Below are positions 54,165 through 64,000 of a stretch of DNA of 64,000 nt, one piece after another. Source of the DNA: Eledone cirrhosa (taxonomy: Eukaryota); assembly GCA_964016885.1 (NCBI GenBank), contig OZ024745.1, forward strand, positions 25,606,001-25,670,000, given 5' to 3'. The notes under the pieces were generated by a model. That model had not been told where the DNA came from, did not search any database, and worked only from the letters and a program-made list of their open reading frames with translations. Made by a program: the position numbers and the translations under genes. Position 1 is the stretch's first letter. The number at the start of each line of letters is the position of its first letter.

Positions 54165-54770
54165 CATTGGATAGTTCTAAAGTAGAACACGTCACAGAAT
54201 TTATGTTTCTTGACAATATAATACTAAATGGACTGGAAGAAGTGAAAAGACATCTCGCTAAGATTTGTAGTGTTTGATAGACAGCGAAATGTAATCTGGA
54301 ACAGGCGGGACAGCAGTCAGTGACACAAAGTTAAGCTTTACAACGGCCTTATTTTTGCAGTCTCAAGATTCACCTCAGAAATGAAAACCCTAAAATCCGA
54401 AGTTACATGCAGTCAAGAAGTTTTTGAAGCAGTGCTTATTGTTTATATATTAAGGATAACATTACGACTCAGGCGTAGATATACTTCCTTAAGAAAAGCT
54501 TTTCACATGATATACACCGTTACTGTGCTAATAAGGAAGAGACTGAAATGGTTGGACAATGCAATAAAAAGGCCACCCAATAACTGTGTAGCACTGGCGT
54601 TCCGCCAAGATTTCTTAAATCTCAGATCATGTGGTAGACCACCTAAGAGGTGGATCTCTCAGATCCTCAAAGACACGGGATTTCTGCTCGCAACAGCGGA
54701 TAGCAGAGCATCTGATCGAAGGGCGTGACGGTGATCCAGCAGGCAGGAGAGAGCGGACTGGGTGACTATG
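54165..54770 (+). pseudogene. Old RTE-clade LINE 3' fragment (family 3)
   Basis: VEHVTEFMFL, KVKLYNGLIF, EVFE..ILRI, RLKWL..R, RSCGRPPKRW, ASDRRA; contains stops. Confidence 0.72.
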
Positions 54771-54845
54771 AGAGAAAGCATACACTTGGATACACAAATA
54801 TGAGTGCATATATATGAATATATGCGTGTATGTATATCTATCTGT

Positions 54846-54913
<68 letters not shown>

Positions 54914-55433
54914 GGTTATACATATCTACAGTCACAAAATAAAATAAGCACAAGGAACTCACAATCACATACGCACACGTAAATGGGTGTGTGTGTGAGT
55001 CTTCGTCAGCCTGTGTATGCAGGGATATGCGTGTTTTCCTGACAAAATTAAGAAACAATGAGCGTTAGAGTTACTTAATTAAGTCGATTGAGAGACGCCT
55101 TACCAGCTCACTGTTCCCTCTTCAGGGATGGGCTGCCCAACCATGCGCACACAACTCATTTCACTCACCACTGAAGCTACGAGATGATAAGAAAAAACGA
55201 AATTCTAAGAATGGGTGTAGATTTCCTACTCTGCACTCTACTAACCTTTTTCTCTCCACAATGTTTCTTTCTATTTAACATTCGGCAGTTCCCTGTAGTA
55301 GTAGTAGTAGTATTAGTGGTAGTAGTAGTAGTAGTAGTAGTAGCAGCAGCAGCAGCAGTAGGAACATTAGGAAAATCATATAATTCAATTTTCTATAGTG
55401 GTTATATAAATCTCTCATAAAAACAACTTTATC

Positions 55434-55619
55434 ATCGCCACTACCATCATCACCATCATCATCACCATCATCATCCCCATCGTCAGCGTCATCGTCATCA
55501 TCATCATCAGCATCATCATCATCATCATCACCATCATCACCATCGTCGTCATCATCATCACCATCGTCGTCATCATCATCATCACCATTATCAACATCAT
55601 CATCATCACCATCATCAAC
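55434..55619. repeat. (ATC)n degenerate microsatellite
   Basis: Directly visible. Confidence 0.93.
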
Positions 55620-55748
55620 ATAAGAACGTCTGCCTCCTCAACCAGTCATTAATTTTCTTTTCCATTTTTTATTTTAATTTTATTTTTTGCGGGTAAAGTG
55701 ACAACATAGAAACATTTGCAAACTGGGACTAGTTTCCCTTTTCAGAAT

Positions 55749-55948
55749 NNNNNNNNNNNNNNNNNNNNNNNNNNNNNNNNNNNNNNNNNNNNNNNNNNNN
55801 NNNNNNNNNNNNNNNNNNNNNNNNNNNNNNNNNNNNNNNNNNNNNNNNNNNNNNNNNNNNNNNNNNNNNNNNNNNNNNNNNNNNNNNNNNNNNNNNNNNN
55901 NNNNNNNNNNNNNNNNNNNNNNNNNNNNNNNNNNNNNNNNNNNNNNNN
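55749..55948. other. Assembly gap (200 N)
   Basis: Run of N. Confidence 0.99.
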
Positions 55949-55994
55949 GTGTTTAAAATCTCCTTTAACTGATAGAAAAGTGGATTCATTGTTT

Positions 55995-57851
55995 TTCGTT
56001 TGTTTTTTTTTCTGTTGGTCGCCACTGTGACCTCCAGTATTCTTAGTCTGGAGACATCGTTTGTTTTTTCTTCTGCTGGTCGCCACTGTGACCTCCAGTA
56101 TTCTTAGTCTGGAGACATCGTTTGTTTTTTTCTTCTGTTGGTCGCCACTGTGACCTCCAGTATTCTTAGTCTGGAGACATCGTTTGTTTTTTCTTCTGCT
56201 GGTCGCCACTGTGACCCTCCAGTATTCTTAGTCTTGAGACATCGTTTTGTTTTTTCTTCTGCTGGTCGCCACTATGACCTCCAGTATTCTTAGTCTGGAG
56301 ACATCGTTTGTTTTTTCTTTCTGCTGGTCGCCACTGTGACCTCCAGTATTCTTAGTCTTGAGACATCGTTTGTTTTTTCTTCTGCTGGTCGCCACTGTGG
56401 ACCTCCAGTATTCTTAGTCTTGAGACATCGTTTGTTTTTCTTCTGCTGGTCGCCACTGTGACCTCCAGTATTCTTAGTCTGGAGACATCGTTTGTTTTTT
56501 TTTCTGTTGGTCGCCACTGTGACCTCCAGTATTCTTAGTCTGGAGACATCGTTTGTTTTTTTTTCTGTTGGTCGCCACTGTGACCTCCAGTATTCTTAGT
56601 CTTGAGACACCATTTTTTCTTCTGCTGGTCGCCACTGTGACCTCCAGTATTCTTAGTCTGGAGACATCGTTTGTTTTTTTTTCTGTTGGTCGCCACTGTG
56701 ACCTCCAGTATTCTTAGTCTTGAGACACCATTTTTTTCTTCTGCTGGTCGCCACTGTGACCTCCAGTATTCTTAGTCTGGAGACATCGTTTGTTTCTTTT
56801 TTTCTGTTGGTCGCCACTGTGACCTCCAGGTATTCTTAGTCTGGAGACATCGTTTGTTTTTTCTTCTGCTGGTCGCCAACTGTGACCTCCAGTATTCTTA
56901 GTCTGGAGACACCATTTTTTCTTCTGCTGGTCGCCACTGTGACCTCCAGTATTCTTAGTCTTGAGACACCATTTTTTCTTCTGCTGGTCGCCACTGTGAC
57001 CTCCAGTATTCTTAGTCTTGAGACACCATTTTTTCTTCTGCTGGTCGCCACTGTGACCTCCAGTATTCCTTAGTCTTGAGACACCATTTTTTCTTCTGCT
57101 GGTCGCCACTGTGACCTCCAGTATTCTTAGTCTTGAGACACCATTTTTTCTTCTGCTGGTCGCCACTGTGACCTCCCAGTATTCTTAGTCTTGAGACACC
57201 ATTTTTTCTTCTGCTGGTCGCCCACTGTGACCTCCAGTATTCTTAGTCTTGAGACACCATTTTTTTCTTCTGCTGGTCGGCACTGTGATCTCCAGTATTC
57301 TTAGTCTGGAGACACCATTTTTTTTTCTGTTGGTCGCCACTGTGACCTCCAGTATTCTTAGTCTGGAGACACCATTTTTTTTTCTGTTGGTCGCCACTGT
57401 GACCTCCAGTATTCTTAGTCTGGAGACACCATTTTTTCTTCTGCTGGTCGCCACTGTGACCCTCCAGTATTCTTAGTTTGGAGCCATCGTTTGTTTTTTT
57501 TCTGCTGGTCGCCACTGTGACCTCCAGTATTCTTAGTCTGGAGACACCATTTTTTCTTCTGCTGGTCGCCACTTGTGACCTCCAGTATTCTTAGTCTGGA
57601 GACACCATTTTTTCTTCTGCTGGTCGCCACTGTGACCTCCAGTATTCTTAGTTTGGAGACATCGTTTGTTTTTTTTCTGTTGGTCGCCTCCCACTGTGAC
57701 CTCCAGTATTCTTAGTCTGGAGACATCGTTTGTTTTTTTTCTGTTGGTCGCCACTGTGACCTCCAGTATTCTTAGTCTGGAGACATCGTTTGTTTTTTTT
57801 TCTGTTGGGTCGCCACTGTGACCTCCAGTATTCTTAGTCTGGAGACACCAT
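55995..57851. repeat. ~57-62-bp minisatellite, about 31 units, two interleaved variants
   Basis: Core ctg(c/t)tggtcgccactgtgacctccagtattcttagtct(g/t)gagaca followed by tcgtttgt(T)n or cca(T)n. Confidence 0.96.
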
Positions 57852-58240
57852 TCTCCTTTCCTTCGTCCATCTTATAAACAGTTGCTGTTTGTGTTTTTCC
57901 TTGTTGTTGTTGTGCTGCTGTTAATGCCGTTACTGCAGCTGCTGTTGATGCTGTTGTAGTTGTTATTGGTCTTGGCAATTGGTGTTATTGTTATTGTAAT
58001 CATTGATCGAGTAGACCAATAATGGTTTCTGATTTAAGCGCAAGGCTAACAATTTTTTGGAGAGGGGGAAAATCAATTAAATCGACACCAGTGAATTACT
58101 GGTACTTTATTTTAGGATGAAAGGCAAACCTAACTTCGGTGAGGAGACCTATAATCAAATACGTTCTACTCAGGAGTATTCCTATTTGTTTTACAGATAC
58201 ATATAAAACGTGTCCTTCCTGTAGATTGCCTTCTATTATA

Positions 58241-58431
58241 TAATTATTTCTACTTTTGGCACAAGGCCAGCAACTATCCCAGTGTATTACTGGTACTTTA
58301 TTTTATCGACCCGGTAAGGAGGAAAAGCAAAATTAACCTCAGCGGGATTTGAACTCAAACGTAACGGGACGTAACCCCATGCTGGAAAGCATGGCGTCCC
58401 GACCCTCTACCGATACTGCCAAATCCACCAC
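58241..58431 (-). mobile_element. SINE family A with 16-bp TSD
   Basis: ccttctattatataat at 58229-58244 and 58432-58447. Confidence 0.9.
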
Positions 58432-58974
58432 CCTTCTATTATATAATAGTATAATTATAGTAGTTTTATATAATAATAATATAATTATATAATAGAAACC
58501 TATTATTCCTAGCAGATGGGAAACAGTTAATGGAACTTCCTTGTTGGATACTTTCAACTTTCATATATTTTTACACACCGATTGCATCACTGATGTAAGT
58601 AAATTAGCTACATTTGGGAATTGAAATTGGATTACGGAGCTTGTTCGGGGATTACATTACAACAGTAACAAGACACTCGTATCATATCAATTTACGATTT
58701 ATTTTACAAGAATAGGTAATGTGATATATAATAGAGCAAGAGATGGGCAGTTGGGTCGGGTCTTTCGTACGTTCTCTTAGGATTATTGACATCGTGAGTA
58801 AATTGATTCAGTCGGGAGCCGCAACTGGGTCACACTAGAACAATATAAACAAGAAATAACCATTAAAATGTATGTTTATACACATATACCCATACACACC
58901 ACACACACTCACACAAACATTTGTCTCTCTCTCCCCCCCTCTCTCTCTCTCTCTCTAATATATATATATATTTT

Positions 58975-59161
58975 TAAAAAAAAAAGGAAAATAATGAGTT
59001 AACTTGTAGTGTTAACAATTTTTATGATTTAATGTTATAATTATAATATAATATTATATATTATTAACATTAAATCATAACATTTTTTAACACATACAAG
59101 TGAAGTCATTCTGTTTCCTTTTTTTCAAATATACCTAACTGTACAAGGATCTCACACATTT

Positions 59162-59168
<7 letters not shown>
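58975..59168 (+). mobile_element. Diverged AT-rich fold-back element between (TA)n tracts
   Basis: aaaaaggaaaataatga..ttatgatttaatgtt pairs with aacattaaatcataa..tcattctgtttcctttttt; short tail follows. Confidence 0.55.
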
Positions 59169-59204
<36 letters not shown>

Positions 59205-59642
59205 TATAAATGGAGGATAGGAAGGCTGTGTAGTTGCTAGTTAAGGCAGGCTTATATATATTATATTATATATATATATAATACACACACACACACACAC
59301 ACACATATATATTATTTGGGGTAATTGCTGGCCTTGTGCCTAAAGTAGAAAACAATTATTATTATTATTATTATTATTATCACAGGTTAAAGTTTAAGCA
59401 AACAATTTCTGCTTTCACCCTAAAGCAGGATCTTCTGAAACTGAGAAATATCAATCTGTGGATTGCGGGATTATAAATATTTCGAAAGGATTACGACTAA
59501 ATATTGCCTTAAAAAAAACACACACACACTACACACTACACACACACAACACACACACATACAACACACACACACACACACCCCACACACACACACACAG
59601 GCACACACACACACACACACACCCACACACACACACACAACA

Positions 59643-59695
<53 letters not shown>

Positions 59696-59707
59696 GCACG
59701 CACACAC

Positions 59708-59888
59708 AAAAATCTCATTACGTCATTAAGTTGTAGCGGGGAAAATGAATTCTTGGTATTAAAAAAAAAAAAAAAAAATCAGGAGGCTAATTTTTTTAAA
59801 AAATCTCATTACGTCATTAAGTGTAGCGGGGGAAAATGAATTCTTGGTATTAAAAAAAAAAAAAAAAAATCAGGAGGCTAATTTTTTT
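59708..59888. repeat. ~90-bp tandem duplication
   Basis: aaaaatctcattacgtc..caggaggctaattttttt occurs twice. Confidence 0.9.
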
Positions 59889-59924
59889 AAGAAATTCGCC
59901 TCCTGATTTTCCTGTTACCATGGA

Positions 59925-60362
59925 TGGCGGAGGATTGGTTGAGTGGTAAGAGAGTTGGGTACATTCTTAACCGTATTTGTTTCGGCTCTTTATTATTCTG
60001 AGTTCAAATCTCACTGAAGTCAACTTTGCTTTCCTTCCTTTCAAGGTTGATAAAATAAAATACCAGTCACATACTAGGGATGACTAACCCCTACCCTGAA
60101 AATTGCTGACATTGTATCTAAACTAATAAAAACATTGGATTGGCATTATCGGTATGAGCGTCGGACAACATGCTATGTGGCATTAGGGTTACGGCCCCTT
60201 TTATGATATGAGTTCAAATCCCGCCGTGGTTAGCTTTGCCTTTCATCCTTACGTGACCGATAAAATAAAGCACCAGTAATGCACTAGGGTCGATTTAATC
60301 GACTTTCTCCTCCCCCAAAATTGTTAGCCTTGTGCATAAATCAGAAACAATTATTATTATTA
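59925..60362 (+). mobile_element. Two tandem SINE family A copies
   Basis: A/B boxes, core and (ATT)n tail. Confidence 0.85.
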
Positions 60363-61908
60363 TGAGCATTGTTTCGTCAGGGAAGAAAATGTCCTCTAGA
60401 TTCTTTCCTGCAATATTCCTGTTATTTACAACTTTATTTTTATTTTTATTTATTTAAACGGTTTAGTCTTGTATTTAAGCACCATGTATGTATGTGGTGG
60501 GGTGAGATGATGTAAAGTTTTCATTTCCGCAAGAATATAAATACATGGGCAAGTAGAGCCGTTTAGTCTAGTTATGCATTGTGAAAATATTTCAGCAATC
60601 AATGCAATTAAGATGCACAACCTCTATTAGCAAGAGAGAATGCGGGGGAAATTATTTACTCATACAAAAAAATGTTCAATGAAAATCTGAATTTTGTGAT
60701 CGTTTTGACCTTGTTGCTTAACAACTCAACAAGTTTTGTTCTATAACATATCGACTTCTCATATAATACTTCACTAATCTCTATTATTAGCTGTTACACT
60801 CTGCTATCTGTCTTAGTTAATTCTTCTGTCAAATGAAATGTGGTTATTTGTTCTGGCTGCTAACAGTATTTAATATTGTTTCAGTTGGTGACATTCTTCT
60901 CCCTCTTGTAATTCTTTCAATGTCTATTTCATGTTATGACTACATTTCTGGCATTGTGCAAATATATCTAAGGCATGTCTAACTTTTGAAAATTACTTAA
61001 TGTTTATTATTAGAGGGGAAGAGATACCAGTCCGTTCTAGCTTTGAACGAAATTTAATATTCCTCAATATGAGATCATAAGATGGGAGGTAGACCCAATC
61101 CGTCACTTAATTTAACACCGCTACTTGGTTCTTGGCTACCTTTAGTGGAGTTTACTGTTGCAAACATTCAGCTCAGACACCCACCAGTCCTCGAAAGACC
61201 TGGAAAAAAATGAAGTTTCATAAGGCACAACTTGTTTCTCTCTGACTAAACGGTAACAAATAGCTCATTAAAAGCTGATTCTGGAGTGCAGTTTCAGTTT
61301 TAAATTGTAGTTTTCCTTGGGTCTGAGAACAAAGCTTTTTCTATTCGCCATTAATTTTATAGGGAAAATCACATTTTTTTAACTTACAAACATAAGATCA
61401 TGTTGATCTAATGAGCGAACCTCTACATAGTCGTTCAACTACTAGAAATAGCAGCTAACTTTTAAAAAGGGAGTGTGACTTCGAATAATATAGTCCTAGA
61501 TACTCAATTCTCTAGAGAAGAGTGGTGTTTCCATTTCTAGCAGGCCTTTGATAATAGGTTTGTCCAGTCAATGTTTACTTTAGGTTAAACACACACATTT
61601 ATATACCTCGATAAAATAAACCAATACTCCTTAAGATGAAAATGAACATTACTTACGACTTCATTAAAACAATTGATTATCTGTTATATATATTTTATCA
61701 TATTAAGAAAATGAAAAGCCTGTATTCGATAGGTTTTGAAAAGTTGTACGTTTAAAAGTTGAGACTTCTCTTTCAAATATTTATTTTAGTTCATGAAAAC
61801 ATTGTTGGAAACCTAGTAATGTAGCAAGAAATCCCAGCCCCCGAGTATAAAAGAATGTTTAGTGTTTCCATCTAAATTTATAAGCATCAATTTCTTCTAT
61901 AATCATCC

Positions 61909-62508
61909 CCCTTTCGAAGGTGAAGCATTTATTTTGCTATTTCTTATGGCTAGAATATCCCTTTCGAAGGTGAAGCATTTATTTTGCTATTTCTTATGGC
62001 TAGAATATCCCTTTCGAAGGTGAAGCATTTATTTTGCTATTTCTTATGGCTAGAATATCCCTTTCGAAGGTGAAGCATTTATTTTGCTATTTCTTATGGC
62101 TAGAATATCCCTTTCGAAGGTGAAGCATTTATTTTGCTATTTCTTATGGCTAGAATATCCCTTTCGAAGGTGAAGCATTTATTTTGCTATTTCTTATGGC
62201 TAGAATATCCCTTTCGAAGGTGAAGCATTTATTTTGCTATTTCTTATGGCTAGAATATCCCTTTCGAAGGTGAAGCATTTATTTTGCTATTTCTTATGGC
62301 TAGAATATCCCTTTCGAAGGTGAAGCATTTATTTTGCTATTTCTTATGGCTAGAATATCCCTTTCGAAGGTGAAGCATTTATTTTGCTATTTCTTATGGC
62401 TAGAATATCCCTTTCGAAGGTGAAGCATTTATTTTGCTATTTCTTATGGCTAGAATATCCCTTTCGAAGGTGAAGCATTTATTTTGCTATTTCTTATGGC
62501 TAGAATAT
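61909..62508. repeat. 50-bp tandem repeat, 12 identical units
   Basis: ccctttcgaaggtgaagcatttattttgctatttcttatggctagaatat x12. Confidence 0.97.
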
Positions 62509-62509
62509 A

Positions 62510-62740
62510 TGCAGTTCGCCACATCTGCATAAACATCCACGCCACTGATAAGGAAGGGAAAGGCAATGGCCGATACAACTTGACACCATTGACGTGGCAC
62601 TTCCACAGTTGAGGTAAACTGGAGCAACGTGAAATAAAGTGTCTTGCTAAAAAAAAACACAACACATCACCCGGTCCAAGAATCGAACTTACAACCTCCC
62701 GATTGCAAAGCCCAACGCTATAGACACCAAACCATGCATC
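62510..62740 (-). mobile_element. SINE family B copy
   Basis: gtaaactggagcaacgtgaaataaagtgtcttgct..ccggtccaagaatcgaac. Confidence 0.7.
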
Positions 62741-63479
62741 ATAGCCCCCAAAATAATTTGCACGCTTTCACACCTGCGCCCGAGAGGAAATTCTCTCTCC
62801 TTATCTCACATCTATTTTAACCTGAAACTTTCTAAACAGTGTGGCCTAAAAGAATCCATTATATTTCACAAATCTGCACAGGTGATGAATCGGTGAAGTT
62901 GTTTGAATGTAAGACAAATTCCTTTTTCAATATGTGTTTCGGCTGGTGGTAGATTGACTAAATTGGTAGAGTGTCGGATAAAGTGCTATTGCGGTATTTG
63001 TTCTGGATCTTTATATTCTGAGTTCAAATCTCACCGATATCAACTTTGCCTTTTATTCTCCCAGGATCGATATAAAGTAACGCTTTCACTAATTCGCTGC
63101 TATATTTGTGATTTTCTTCGAAAGTTCGAACAGAAAGAAGAAAGAACTTTAAAATAAAAAACAAAACGAAAAAAAAAATGACGCAACCTTAGAAGCCATG
63201 CTAGAAGAGAGTCGATCATATCGAACCAGTATTCTTTTAAAGTCTAGTACTTATTTTATTGATTTCATTTTGTCGAATCGTTAGGATACGGGAGATATAT
63301 ATTGACACACACACACACACGCTCACACATATCTACGGCTGGCTTCCGTGTAGTTTTCACTCACAAAGCATTGGTCAACCCGAAACTTTAGTAGAATGTA
63401 GTACCAAGATTGAACTTAAAACCAAATGGTCGCAAAGCGAAGTTTTTAATCCCACAAGCCCTGCATATACAGATAATGC

Positions 63480-63900
63480 TTTATTGTTTCGGTACAAGCC
63501 ACCAGTTTGGGGGAAGGAAAAGCAGATTAAATAGATTCTAGTGCGTGATAGGAACTTTATTTTATCGACCCGGTGAGGATGAAAGGCAAAACTAACCTCA
63601 GCGAGATATGAACATAGAAGGTAAAGGGCCGTAACTCTATGCTGCAAGGCATGGTGTCCGATATCTGCCGATACTTCCAATCCACCGCCCTATACATATA
63701 ATTGTTTCTACTTTTGGCACAAGGCCAGCAATTATCCCAGTACATTACTGGTACTTTATTTTATCGACCCCATAAGGATGAAAGGTAAAGTTAACCTCGG
63801 CGGGATTTGAACTCAGACCATAAAGGGCCGTAACTCTTTTCTGCAAAGCATGGCGTCAGACCCTCTACCGATACTGCCAATCCACCGCCCTATACATATA
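63480..63900 (-). mobile_element. Two tandem SINE family A copies
   Basis: Both heads end ccaatccaccgccctatacatataat; core and tail motifs present. Confidence 0.88.
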
Positions 63901-64000
63901 ATAATAATAATACAGCTCTTCTCTGCAACTTCATAATGGGAACCTGTATGTAAGTTCCTAAATAGAAACCGGCTCTAACATGTATGTGTATGTGTGTGTG

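Noticed and set aside
55995-57851. CRISPR array
   Set aside because: No unique spacers, no cas genes, eukaryotic context; the same applies to 20256-20840 and 61909-62508.

Overview
AT-rich, microsatellite-saturated eukaryotic non-coding DNA. I found no host protein-coding exon, rRNA, real tRNA or CRISPR array. The repeat repertoire suggests a coleoid cephalopod such as octopus, but that is inference. Almost all listed ORFs are artefacts of simple repeats. The window is a mosaic of decayed mobile elements: a 5'-truncated Penelope-like element (RT + GIY-YIG), R4/Dong-clade and CRE-like LINE fragments, three RTE-clade lineages, bipartite non-autonomous RTE derivatives, about 30 tRNA-derived SINE copies, several MITEs, three minisatellite arrays and a 200-N gap. 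Four patterns stand out. (1) Roughly ten unrelated ORF-less families share one architecture, (TA)n - inverted arm - variable centre - direct arm - unique tail - (TA)n, and many carry Penelope-type minimal hammerhead ribozyme motifs. (2) A 7.5-kb nest (36.0-43.5 kb) holds RTE-type and R4/Dong elements stacked in (ATGT)n tracts with strict, opposite strand polarity. (3) The RTE ORF ends in three C2H2 fingers and has two SINE-like deletion derivatives. (4) The dominant SINE's tail matches the R4/Dong 3'UTR. Coordinates were read by eye and may be off by a few bases.
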